From: Deltaproteobacteria bacterium SM23_61
GTDB taxonomy: Bacteria > Desulfobacterota > SM23-61
Assembly (NCBI GenBank): GCA_001304105.1
Contig: LJUR01000006.1
Coordinates: 1 to 60,017 of the forward strand
Direction: 5' to 3'
DNA length: 60,017 nucleotides
Part shown: piece after piece, positions 42,714 through 52,206 of the stretch
Numbering within the stretch: the stretch's first letter is position 1
Layout of the letters: every line of letters starts with the position of its first letter
Notes under the pieces: model-generated
The model's database searches: none
What the model was told of the DNA's origin: nothing
What the model saw: only the letters and a program-made list of their open reading frames with translations
Position numbers and translations under genes: made by a program

Positions 42714-44003
42714 CTACCCGAGGTCTCTGGGTTGTCCCGTGGAAGCAATGACGCTGCTCCAGAACCACCCGTTTGGATCGATCTTCTTCCGTTCGGAAAC
42801 GGCCATAGCGATGGGCACATGGGTGAATTCATTCTTCCAGAAGCTGACCACCATGTCCGTGTGTCCTGCCATCCCAGCATGCACTGCATTGTGACCGAGT
42901 AACAGGCAATAAGCCGAATCACGCGCGTTGGCCGGCTGGCTCCGGATCGTATAGCTCGGGTCAATGTACCTGAGCGTGATTCCAATGCCGAGCCGGTTGA
43001 AATAGGCCCTGATCTGTTCCCTGAGAAAAATGCCAATGTCACTCATGCGGATATTTCCGGAGGCATCTCTTTCCCCTGTGGCCTCCATCAACTCTTGACC
43101 CGCACCCTCGGCAGCGACGATCACTGCATGGCCTCTCCGCTCCAACCTCTCCCTGAGGGCTTCCAAGAAAATTTCCAGTTTAAAAGGGACTTCCGGCACC
43201 AAGCAGAAATTGACCTGGGTGTCCGCGAGCACGGCAAAGGCAGCGATGAAACCAGACTCCCGGCCCATCAATCTGACGAGCCCGACCCCATTCCGAGCCC
43301 CTTCCGCCTCGCTATGCGCTGCATAGGTAACTCTCCTTGCCTCGGAGACAGCTGTATCAAACCCAAAAGATACTTGGACATACGAGATGTCATTATCAAT
43401 GGTCTTGGGAATTCCAATCACCGCAATCTTCAATCCTCGCCGCCCCACCTCTTCACTGATCGCATGGGCCCCCCGCAGGGTTCCATCGCCGCCGATGGTA
43501 AATAGAATACCGATCCCCATGCGCTCCAGTGTATCCACCATCTGCGAGACGTCCTGATTTCCCCGCGATGAACCGAGAATGGTTCCTCCCATTTCATGGA
43601 TTCGACTCACCACCTGGGGGTTGAGATCAATGGGTGTGTGACCATATTTAGGGGCGAGTCCCTCATATCCATAAGGGAAGCCGTAAACGGTCTTCACTCC
43701 GTAGTGGTGAAAAAGGCTGAAGACGATCGCCCTGATGACATCGTTCAAGCCAGGACACAATCCTCCGCAGGTCACGATGCCGCACTTCAATTTCGAAGGG
43801 TCGAAGTAGATCGTTTCTCTCGGCCCTGCAAGTTCCATGGACGGAGGCTTCTTGCCCTCGTTAAGAAGCTTCTGGATCTCTTTAATATCGGAGTAGATCA
43901 GCAAAGGCTCGTCATCGCGGACGAACCGCACCCCCTTCATCGGAGATGGAATGCGACTTTCTCCCAGTCTCGTTATTTCAAAATTGAGATCACTTTTTGC
44001 CAT
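42714..44003 (-). CDS. pfk: 6-phosphofructokinase, long (~430-aa) type; phosphoryl donor ambiguous
   Basis: GIVTCGGLCPGLN, TIGGDGTLRGA (Gly at the ATP-type position), IPKTIDNDI (Lys at the PPi-type position). Confidence 0.9.
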   Translation of the reverse strand: MAKSDLNFEITRLGESRIPSPMKGVRFVRDDEPLLIYSDIKEIQKLLNEGKKPPSMELAGPRETIYFDPSKLKCGIVTCGGLCPGLNDVIRAIVFSLFHHYGVKTVYGFPYGYEGLAPKYGHTPIDLNPQVVSRIHEMGGTILGSSRGNQDVSQMVDTLERMGIGILFTIGGDGTLRGAHAISEEVGRRGLKIAVIGIPKTIDNDISYVQVSFGFDTAVSEARRVTYAAHSEAEGARNGVGLVRLMGRESGFIAAFAVLADTQVNFCLVPEVPFKLEIFLEALRERLERRGHAVIVAAEGAGQELMEATGERDASGNIRMSDIGIFLREQIRAYFNRLGIGITLRYIDPSYTIRSQPANARDSAYCLLLGHNAVHAGMAGHTDMVVSFWKNEFTHVPIAMAVSERKKIDPNGWFWSSVIASTGQPRDLG

Positions 44004-44093
44004 CCCGTCCCCCCTCTATGATGATCTTAGTATTTGAATGGTTCATTACTAAATCTCCGTTACGATTGCGCAGGAAACCTCCAAGGTTGATAA

Positions 44094-44255
44094 GGGACAG
44101 GTTGGCGGGTAAGAAAGCTTTAGAGCGCCACCACTCAGCGATTGGACACAGAGCGGTGCATAACATGAAAAGACTCCATCTCTCTGAGCAAGGTTCATGA
44201 CCCATAAAGTCAAACAAGCGCATTCTAAAGCTTTCGAATCCCGGCGGCCTGTTCC
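44094..44255. mobile_element. MITE-like element, subfamily A copy 2
   Basis: Left arm GGGACAGGTTGGCGGGTAAGAAAGCTTTAGAGCGC. The right arm GCGCATTCTAAAGCTTTCGAATCCCGGCGGCCTGTTCC is its near reverse complement. The loop shares GCATAACA..ACTCCAT with copy 1. Confidence 0.5.
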
Positions 44256-44290
44256 GCAGCCAACCTCTGCACTTTGTTTCGATTCCAACA

Positions 44291-45274
44291 TCATCCTTTT
44301 TTCTTCATTTCGTGATAGGCGAAAGCAGCTGCTCCTAAAACGCCCGAATTGCGTCCGAGCGCGGCCTGGACGAAGCGGACCGCTTGGTAGGCCCTTTTGA
44401 AAGCCCGTCTCTCCGCCACCTCATAAGCAGGCTTGAGCAACCGGTCTCCTATGTTGGATAGCCCGCCTCCGATCACGATCATTTCAGGATTGAAGATGTT
44501 GATCAGATTCGCCAGTCCCACCCCCACGTAGTAGGCAGTCTTCAGAATCAGCTCGTTGGCCACGCGATCGCCCTTTTCCGCGGCGGAATGAATGGTCTCC
44601 GCTGTAACGTTTTCGATCTTCCCATCAGCAAAGTTGAGAATCGTTGTTTCCTCTCCTGACTCGATTCGCTTTTGGGCAGCCCTGGCAAGGGCTGTCCCGG
44701 AGGCCAGAGCCTCCCAACATCCTTGGTTTCCGCACTGGCAAAGAGGTCCTTCATCCGCGATGGTCATATGGCCAATCTCCCCAGCCATGCCCGTGGAGCC
44801 GCTGTAAATCTGTCCGTCAATCACGATGCCTCCTCCTATGCCCGTGCTGATCGTGACATAGACGAAATGAGAAACTCCCTTTGCCGCTCCGAAGTAATAT
44901 TCTCCAAGGGCTGCTGCACTTCCGTCGTTGATCAGGAAAGCCTTTTTCTTCAGCTTCTCCTGAAGGATGTCCCGCAGAGGGACATCTTCCCATCCTGGCA
45001 GATTGGGAGAGGTGAAAAGAATGCCTGCCTTCGGGTCGGACAGGCCCGGTGCTCCCACGCCGATAGCAGAGACGCCGCCGATCGTTATGGACGCTCCTTT
45101 GAGGGCGCGCTCAGCCGATTCCAGAATTGCCTGAATCACCGCCTCCGGACCCTTCGAGGCAGGGGTCACGCTGTGGTCGCGGGAAAGCATCTTCCCCTGA
45201 GGGTTGATGATTGAAGTAAGGATTTTTGTTCCTCCCAGGTCGATTCCAAGGATGAGCAGATCGCTGTTTGGCAT
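44291..45274 (-). CDS. glk: ROK-family glucokinase
   Basis: GIDLGGTK, the ROK signature region, and the zinc motif GHMTIADEGPLCQCGNQGCWE. Confidence 0.9.
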   Translation of the reverse strand: MPNSDLLILGIDLGGTKILTSIINPQGKMLSRDHSVTPASKGPEAVIQAILESAERALKGASITIGGVSAIGVGAPGLSDPKAGILFTSPNLPGWEDVPLRDILQEKLKKKAFLINDGSAAALGEYYFGAAKGVSHFVYVTISTGIGGGIVIDGQIYSGSTGMAGEIGHMTIADEGPLCQCGNQGCWEALASGTALARAAQKRIESGEETTILNFADGKIENVTAETIHSAAEKGDRVANELILKTAYYVGVGLANLINIFNPEMIVIGGGLSNIGDRLLKPAYEVAERRAFKRAYQAVRFVQAALGRNSGVLGAAAFAYHEMKKKG

Positions 45275-45415
45275 TGTAAATTCCTCGAGCTTAGCGTCTA
45301 TGCGTTCCTCAGAAAATAGCCAAGGACAGTGCGCATAGAGGATCGGATGATGACTTCAAAGATTTCAAACCGGATTGTTGACCTCGACCTTTGAACCATG
45401 TTGCCGATTTCTTGT

Positions 45416-46444
45416 TCATCCTTTAAAAAGTGTCGTTCCTTCTCCTCTCAGATCCCTGACGGCTTCTTTCACACGCTCCGCCATGGAAGCTTCGCCTGAC
45501 GCGAGGTAGGAACGAGGATCATAATTCTTCTTGTTTCCTACTTCCCCATCCACCTTGAGGACGCCGTCATAATTCTTTAACATGTGGTGGGCAATGGCTC
45601 GGGTAAAGGCATATTGGGTGTCGGTATCGATGTTCATCTTGACCACGCCATAGTCAACGGCCTCGCGGATCTCTTGCAACGTTGACCCCGACCCTCCGTG
45701 AAAAACGAGAGCGAATCGAGCTTCTTTACCATAAGCCTTTTCGACGGCATCTTGGCAATCTTTCAAAATGGAGGGCTTGAGCTTCACATGCCCCGGCTTG
45801 TAAACGCCGTGCACGTTCCCAAAGGTCGCAGCGAGTAGGTAACGAGCACCTTTCACGGCAGTGAAGCGTCTGGCTACCTCAAGGGTATCTTCGGGCGTCG
45901 TGTAAAGCTTCGCAGAGGCCTCCGCCTTGACGCCATCCTCTTCTCCCCCAACGACCCCAGCCTCGATTTCAAGGATCAACTCGTTCTTATGGCAGCGTTC
46001 AAGAAGTTTGACGGATATATCGAGGTTCTCCTTTAGGGGCAGGGCGCTTCCGTCAAACATATGGCTGTTGAAGAGATTGGGCCTGCTTGCAGCACGGCGC
46101 CTCTCCGTTTCATCGATGAGCGGGATGACGAAACGATCGAGCACATCGGCCTGACAGTGATCCGTGTGCAGCGCGACATAGATGGGGTAATGATCTGCCA
46201 CCCGGTGGACATGGTCGGCGATCGAGATCGCACCTAGGGCCATGTTCTTCACAGAAGAGCCAGAGGCAAAGGCACCGCCGCCAGTGGAGACTTGAATAAT
46301 TCCATCGCTCTTGCTTTCGGCAAGCCCTTTTAGAACGGCGTTGGCTGTGGTGAGTGACGTGACATTAATGGCAGGGTAGGCAAAGTGTTTCTCCTTTGCC
46401 CTGTCGATCATCTTACAGTAGGTTTTATAGTCAGCAACTGGCAT
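45416..46444 (-). CDS. fba: Class II fructose-1,6-bisphosphate aldolase
   Basis: 342 aa. YPAINV, HTDHC, FHGGSGS, NIDTDTQ. Confidence 0.93.
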   Translation of the reverse strand: MPVADYKTYCKMIDRAKEKHFAYPAINVTSLTTANAVLKGLAESKSDGIIQVSTGGGAFASGSSVKNMALGAISIADHVHRVADHYPIYVALHTDHCQADVLDRFVIPLIDETERRRAASRPNLFNSHMFDGSALPLKENLDISVKLLERCHKNELILEIEAGVVGGEEDGVKAEASAKLYTTPEDTLEVARRFTAVKGARYLLAATFGNVHGVYKPGHVKLKPSILKDCQDAVEKAYGKEARFALVFHGGSGSTLQEIREAVDYGVVKMNIDTDTQYAFTRAIAHHMLKNYDGVLKVDGEVGNKKNYDPRSYLASGEASMAERVKEAVRDLRGEGTTLFKG

Positions 46445-46511
46445 AAATCCTCCTTGAATGAAGTAATAAGAGCATGGAGCATAGGGTATAGGGCACAGGG
46501 GAAGTACTCAT

Positions 46512-49037
46512 TCATTCCTTATCCATCCGGATCGGCTTCGCATTCCAGATTCTTTCGCAATAATCCCGGATGGATCGGTCCGAAGAAAACTTCCCCATGC
46601 GAGCTACATTCAGAATCGACATCCTCGTCCAGTTCTTCTGGTCCTGATAAACTTGGTTTACCCGATCCTGGCATTCGATATAGGAGGCGTAGTCAGCAAA
46701 AAGCATGTAGTCGTCGCGAGAGATCAGAGAATCGACCAATGGCTCGAAGAGGGTTCGATCCCCTCGGGAGAAATAGCCGGAACGGATCTGATCGATGGCT
46801 TCCCGAAGCTCGGAGTTTGAATGGTGGTATTCCCACGGGTTGTACCCTTTCGATTTCAGACCCATGACCTCCTCAGCGGTTAACCCGAAGAGAAAGAAAT
46901 TTTCGGCGCCCACTTCCTCGCGGATCTCCACATTCGCGCCATCCAGTGTCCCAATCGTCAGGGCACCGTTCATGGAGAACTTCATGTTCCCCGTTCCCGA
47001 GGCCTCTTTGCCTGCGGTCGAGATCTGCTCGGAAAGATCCGCAGCGGGGTAGATGGGCTGTGCATGCTTTACGTTGAAGTCGGGGTAAAAGACAACCTTC
47101 AGGCGGCCCGCAATATCGGGGTCGTTGTTGACCACATCTCCCACCGAGTTGATGAGCTTGATGATCAGCTTTGCCACGAAGTATCCGGGCGCCGCCTTTC
47201 CGCCGAAAATCACTGTCCGCGGCGGGACATCCTCCTTGAGATTCTTCTTCAGGCGATTATAGAGCGTGATGACATGAAGGACGTTGAGATGCTGGCGTTT
47301 GTACTCGTGGATCCGCTTCACCTGGATATCGAAGAGCGTATCCGGATCGACGACGATCCCCGTGTCCCCTTTGATGAGCTTGGCGAGCCGCTTCTTGTTA
47401 TTGAGTTTGATCCGACGCCACGCTTCTTGAAACTTGGGGTCATCTGCAAAGGGCTCAAGTTTTCTTAGATCCTCCGAGTGGCTGATCCAACGATCACCGA
47501 TCTTGCTGGTGATCAAATCGGTCAGTTCCGGGTTACTCAAAGCGACCCAGCGACGGGGCGTGATGCCATTTGTGACGTTGGAGAATTTCTCAGGAGTGAG
47601 CTCATAGAGATCGCGAAGAACCGTCTGTTTGAGCAACTCCGTGTGCAATGCGGCCACGCCATTGATCGCATGGCTTCCCACACTGGCCAGATGGGCCATC
47701 CGCACATACCTGTCGTGTGACTCATCGATAATCGACAGGCGTCGAACCCTATCCTCATCGCCAGGATGTTTGAGGCGAACCTCATCCAGGAAACGTCTGT
47801 TAATTTCGTAAATGATCTCCAGGTGCCTCGGGAGAATTTCTCTGAAAAGAGGTAACGGCCACTTCTCCAGGGCCTCCGGAAGAAGGGTATGATTGGTGTA
47901 GGCGAACGTCTTCTGAGTAATCTGCCAGGCCTCCTCCCAGCCCATGAGGTGCTCATCGACAAGCAGCCTCATCAGTTCGGCAATCGCAATGGAGGGATGC
48001 GTGTCGTTCAATTGAACTGCAACGATCTCATGAAAATTTTCGAGAGGGGCCTTTTTGATACGGGACATGCGCATCATGTCCTGAAGGGAACAGGAGACAA
48101 AAAAGTACTGCTGGATTAGGCGAAGCCTCTTCCCGATCTCGGGTTCATCGTTTGGATAGAGCACCTTCGAGATCGTTTCGGAAACAACCTTTTCATTCAC
48201 AGCACCGTAGTAGTCTCCCACGTTGAATGCCTGAAAGTCGAAGGATTCAACCGCCTCCGATTTCCACAGGCGCAGCACGTTGATCATCTCCACCTTATAA
48301 CCCGGGACAGGGGTATCATACGCCATTCCCTTCACCACACGGCTTGGGATCCAGCGGACTCGATACCTGCCCTCGTCATCCGTGTAACCCTCGGTGTGGC
48401 CCCCGAAGCCCACATTGAACACGATCTCGGGCCGCGGGATCTCCCAAGGGTTGCCAAAACGGAGCCACTTGTCGGTGATCTCAACCTGCCAGCCATCCTC
48501 AATCTTCTGGTCGAAAATTCCAAATTCGTAACGGATCCCATATCCGAAGGCAGGAATCTGGAGGGTCGCGAGGGAATCCATGAAGCAGGCGGCCAGCCTT
48601 CCTAGGCCGCCATTGCCCAGACCGGGTTCCTCCTCTTGCTCGAGGAGGTCGTCGAGCTCAAGCCCTAATTGCTTGACCGCCTGACGAACCTCGTTATCGA
48701 TTCCCAGGCTGATCAGGCTGTTTCCAAGGTGTGGTCCCATAAGGAACTCTGCAGAGAGGTAGCTAACATATTTGATATCCTGCATCATGAGATCCTGAGA
48801 CCTGACCCAGCGACTGAGCATACGATCGCGAACGGTGTAGGCCAGGGCCATGTACCAGTCGTTTCTCGTTGCCAGTTGCGGAACCCTTCCCTGAACGTAG
48901 TAAAGATTTTCAAGGATGGCACGAGCGATAATCTCAGGGCTGGTTGCCGTGCGAATATCGTCACAAATTTCCTGTGGTTTCGGTATCGTCGCCTTGCGCT
49001 TCCTCGGGCTTTTTGCAGACCGCTCTTTATCTGCCAT
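46512..49037 (-). CDS. glgP: Glycogen/maltodextrin phosphorylase
   Basis: 841 aa. GLGNGGLGRLAAC, PLP-lysine motif EASGTGNMKFSMNGALTIGTLDGANVE. Confidence 0.96.
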   Translation of the reverse strand: MADKERSAKSPRKRKATIPKPQEICDDIRTATSPEIIARAILENLYYVQGRVPQLATRNDWYMALAYTVRDRMLSRWVRSQDLMMQDIKYVSYLSAEFLMGPHLGNSLISLGIDNEVRQAVKQLGLELDDLLEQEEEPGLGNGGLGRLAACFMDSLATLQIPAFGYGIRYEFGIFDQKIEDGWQVEITDKWLRFGNPWEIPRPEIVFNVGFGGHTEGYTDDEGRYRVRWIPSRVVKGMAYDTPVPGYKVEMINVLRLWKSEAVESFDFQAFNVGDYYGAVNEKVVSETISKVLYPNDEPEIGKRLRLIQQYFFVSCSLQDMMRMSRIKKAPLENFHEIVAVQLNDTHPSIAIAELMRLLVDEHLMGWEEAWQITQKTFAYTNHTLLPEALEKWPLPLFREILPRHLEIIYEINRRFLDEVRLKHPGDEDRVRRLSIIDESHDRYVRMAHLASVGSHAINGVAALHTELLKQTVLRDLYELTPEKFSNVTNGITPRRWVALSNPELTDLITSKIGDRWISHSEDLRKLEPFADDPKFQEAWRRIKLNNKKRLAKLIKGDTGIVVDPDTLFDIQVKRIHEYKRQHLNVLHVITLYNRLKKNLKEDVPPRTVIFGGKAAPGYFVAKLIIKLINSVGDVVNNDPDIAGRLKVVFYPDFNVKHAQPIYPAADLSEQISTAGKEASGTGNMKFSMNGALTIGTLDGANVEIREEVGAENFFLFGLTAEEVMGLKSKGYNPWEYHHSNSELREAIDQIRSGYFSRGDRTLFEPLVDSLISRDDYMLFADYASYIECQDRVNQVYQDQKNWTRMSILNVARMGKFSSDRSIRDYCERIWNAKPIRMDKE

Positions 49038-49383
49038 CTAAGATCTCCTACATGTAAACATATAATTTTAATATACTATTATAGTATCCCCTATGTGTAA
49101 ATGGGTGAAACTATTTATTTTGCTTAAAAAAAGACCCTATTCTCCCCAATTTTTGCATGCGCAAGTCCACCAAAATAGTACGACCACCTTCGGTTCAAAG
49201 CATCAATTAGGGAAATCAGGAAATTAGAAATTATGGACACTTCCCTATTCTTGCGATACAAGGAAAAACCGGGACGATGCAATGAAAAAGTAAGAGAAAA
49301 ATGTGGGAGGTGTGAGATTATCCCAAAATTCCTGAAATGGGCTCCTCCACCAGGTCCTGAACCATGCCCCGAATCAAGTAATG

Positions 49384-49408
49384 TTATACTGAACTTGGTT
49401 CAGTATAA
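49384..49408. promoter_or_regulatory. Perfect 11-3-11 palindrome TTATACTGAAC-TTG-GTTCAGTATAA (operator-like)
   Basis: Read directly. It lies in the AT-rich 465-bp spacer upstream of glgP and downstream of the 115-aa ORF. No flanking T-run, so it is not a classical terminator. Confidence 0.3.
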
Positions 49409-49502
49409 GCCCTGCGATTTCAGGATCTCATAGGTGACAAGGTTTGGTATTTCATTAATTTTTGTCCAGCCTCTGCGCCCTATTTTAGTCCCGAAGAAAT
49501 CA

Positions 49503-49850
49503 TCAGGCCGCTGGGACTGTTTTACTTACACCGGACTTCAGCGTTATCCTATTTGGGTCGGACTGCCAGGGCCAAAGTGCAGCGTATATGACTTGTTTCC
49601 CCTCTTGTCTATAGAAAAAGGATTGCTCGATTCGCAAACCACCCAAAGAATCGACGATTTTCTGAATCTTTTTCGGAAGACTTGCTTCTTTTCCAGATAC
49701 CTTCGTTGCGGGGCCTATATGTTTTTTTAATAAAGAGTGAAGCAGGTCAAGTTCCTTGAGGGAAATGACTGCTTCAAGATAGTCCACCCCTTCAGAGTTC
49801 GGTCTGACTTCCATCCTGAGCGATTCCTTTAGCTCGTCAATCAGGTTCAT
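49503..49850 (-). CDS. Hypothetical protein (115 aa)
   Basis: ORF only. No motif recognised. Confidence 0.45.
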   Translation of the reverse strand: MNLIDELKESLRMEVRPNSEGVDYLEAVISLKELDLLHSLLKKHIGPATKVSGKEASLPKKIQKIVDSLGGLRIEQSFFYRQEGKQVIYAALWPWQSDPNRITLKSGVSKTVPAA

Positions 49851-49984
49851 CCTATTCTCCTTATCATAAATTGTTTTGTGATGACCCGCGGGTCACCTGT
49901 TCAACGCTCTGCCAATAGAAGGTACCGTGCGGCTGCAGATGTCAGATGATGAAATACCTTAACTTTATAACTTCAGAACACCAT

Positions 49985-50731
49985 TTAGGTCAAATCGAGA
50001 TTCTTATACTGCTTATAAAGTAAATAGCCAGCCCATGCGAAGGAGATAAACATCAGAACAATCCCAAAATATTGTGCTATGTGAGCCAAGGTATGGTCGT
50101 ATTGAAGCAACCCTATCTCATTAAGAATAAATTCCCAGTCATGGTACCCGTAATCTGCCTCCCTTCCTGTGATCCCGCCTAAAAGTACCAACTCCTGGGT
50201 CCTGGCATCATTAATGTACGGAGCAATATCCATGAAACTTTCCCCGAGCCACCACAGAGACACGGATGCGCCGAATGGATTTTTCATTTTGATAAGAAAA
50301 ACAAGAAGACATACGGAGGGAATTAGCAATTGACCAAGTGTTCCGCCAAGAGATCCCATCCACTGCCCAAAAAGTTGGAAGAAGAGGTGCCCCGCCTCGT
50401 GGAAAGGAAGGTTGACCAGGTGAAAAAAACTCTCGCCGGCATAGTTTCTCGCCATTGGGGTAAGAATAAATTTCCACCCCCAGATAAAAATGATCAAAAA
50501 AACGATGATTCTGCCGCCAAAGTAAAAGGGATTTACTTTCGGCTCGACAAAAAGGATCAATTTTTCAAAAAGGGTCCCTTCTTCGGAGGTGCTCCCTTTT
50601 TTTTCAGAGACGGCCCCCTTCCTCAAAGGAGGAAGTCTGCGGTCTTGATATTTTTCAAAAACAATGCCGCACTTTAGGCATTCAGTATTTTGATCCGATT
50701 GCACAAAATTGCATTTAGGACATCTCATCAC
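49985..50731 (-). CDS. Membrane protein with N-terminal zinc ribbon and HExxH motif (putative small intramembrane metalloprotease)
   Basis: CPKCNFVQSDQNTECLKCG, then ~5 TM segments, with HEAGH at the edge of a TM. Confidence 0.6.
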   Translation of the reverse strand: MMRCPKCNFVQSDQNTECLKCGIVFEKYQDRRLPPLRKGAVSEKKGSTSEEGTLFEKLILFVEPKVNPFYFGGRIIVFLIIFIWGWKFILTPMARNYAGESFFHLVNLPFHEAGHLFFQLFGQWMGSLGGTLGQLLIPSVCLLVFLIKMKNPFGASVSLWWLGESFMDIAPYINDARTQELVLLGGITGREADYGYHDWEFILNEIGLLQYDHTLAHIAQYFGIVLMFISFAWAGYLLYKQYKNLDLT

Positions 50732-50989
50732 TATTCCCTGGCGTACTATTTATCTCAGAAAAAACTACATCTTTTTGGTCCACACTGTCAATCAACGATT
50801 GGGGAACCAGTCTACCCTCTTGGGTTCAATTTATGTCAATCATTTCAAGGTCCAGAAAAATGGATGATCATGGGGAAGCAAGAAAGGTTGATAAAGTTGT
50901 AGGAGAATAACAGATAGGAAAAGCGCTAACAGTGATTCATATTCTTTATGTTATTTCACTGCAGACGCCTTCCGCACTTATAGAAATTC

Positions 50990-51370
50990 CTATTCAGTCT
51001 TTATAAATTTATCATACATTCTTTGAACTTTTGCCCGTGTAACAAAAGGCCTGTGAGACCGGAAGCCTCCTCCGAAGGAATGAGGGATATGAAGGATCTC
51101 GTGGATCAACACCTTGGTCTGGTCTTCTTTGTTGAGTCGATCAAAACTTTCGGAGAGGACCTCAATGACATAATGAGGGGTCTTGTTAAGGGCGAGTTGC
51201 ATGATCCGTGATAGTCCGTGGCACCGGGCGATTACCCTTCTACTTCCGGACCCCTTACTCCTCAGGCAGATCACCCGGGTCTCGTCGATATGGGCCATCT
51301 TCAGTTTTCGGAGAATCTCTTTGACCCTTAAATCAATATCTTCGGCCAGTTGATACTGAATCATAATCAA
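50990..51370 (-). CDS. Small predicted metallopeptidase (COG4900-like)
   Basis: 126 aa with HEILHIPHSFGGGF (HExxH followed by a Gly-rich turn). Confidence 0.55.
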   Translation of the reverse strand: MIMIQYQLAEDIDLRVKEILRKLKMAHIDETRVICLRSKGSGSRRVIARCHGLSRIMQLALNKTPHYVIEVLSESFDRLNKEDQTKVLIHEILHIPHSFGGGFRSHRPFVTRAKVQRMYDKFIKTE

Positions 51371-51423
51371 AACAAATAATCAAATCTCTTCTCTTAAATA
51401 CATAAAGGAATAGGAGCCATTTT

Positions 51424-51656
51424 GTAATGCATCAGTCTCAGGTTCGGCATAGGACCGGCAGGGATGTTGGAGAAAATGTTAGAGCGGAAACCGTCACTTG
51501 CCCCTTTAACTCAAGCCACCTTCCCAACCCTTTCCCGACTGCATTTTTTCGGCAAATGTTGCCCTCCATGTCAAATATCAATGGAATCCGCATTCTAAGA
51601 TTTTCGAAGATATCCGTGCCGGGACGATGGAGTTAATACCCGTGACTGAGGGTTAC
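51424..51656. mobile_element. MITE-like element, subfamily B copy 1
   Basis: Outer ends GTAATGCATCAGT ... ACTGAGGGTTAC. Inner arms are GGACCGGCAGGGATGTTGGAGAAAATGTTAGAGCGG and CCGCATTCTAAGATTTTCGAAGATATCCGTGCCGGGACG. Track ORF 51427..51636 is read from it. Confidence 0.55.
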
Positions 51657-51669
51657 ACCGTTTTCTACT

Positions 51670-52206
51670 CTATTCTGATGAATCATGGGATTCCCTTGCT
51701 TCACGGATCCCCCTGATGATAGGGCCATCCTCCCTCCAAAGATAGCAGGTGTTGACGACATTTTTTATTTCCTGTTCCCGAGGGGGCCGTCCCTCTCTTC
51801 CCGCGCCATAGGCAGCCCAGTACCCCTGGACGGCGGACTCCCCCATGGCGATGACGAGGCTTGTCAGGTGTGCACAGCCTTTTATGCCTCCGATGATCTT
51901 CTTTACCTTCATGGTGAAGCCCGGAGCGATCCTGACTCCCTCCAGATTTCGGATCCAGGGAAGCACCTCTGGGCATTCTTCCCTGGGATGATGAGGCATC
52001 GTGGCCTCTGCCTGTTCGATCAGCATCTCGGGACCCTTGATCTTCAGTTGAATCACCATATGGTGCACAAGTTCGGACTGTTCTAAGGGCTCGTTTTGCT
52101 TCTTCTGAAACCGATGGTCTATAAGGCTGCCCTCCACCAGGATGTAATGATCCCCCAGATCGGAAGTTCGCATTGAGATTTCTCTGGTATGAACAAGTTT
52201 CTTCAT
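51670..52206 (-). CDS. DUF2889-family protein
   Basis: 178 aa. HHMVIQLKI, GIKGCAHLTSLV (conserved Cys-x-His block) as I recall for DUF2889. Confidence 0.65.
   Translation of the reverse strand: MKKLVHTREISMRTSDLGDHYILVEGSLIDHRFQKKQNEPLEQSELVHHMVIQLKIKGPEMLIEQAEATMPHHPREECPEVLPWIRNLEGVRIAPGFTMKVKKIIGGIKGCAHLTSLVIAMGESAVQGYWAAYGAGREGRPPREQEIKNVVNTCYLWREDGPIIRGIREARESHDSSE

Noticed and set aside
51427-51636. 69-aa ORF similar to the 65-aa ORF at 55887..56084; considered as a small duplicated gene family.
   Set aside because: The similarity extends at DNA level beyond both ORFs and includes terminal inverted repeats. The ORFs are in element-internal sequence without an RBS, so the region is better explained as MITE copies.
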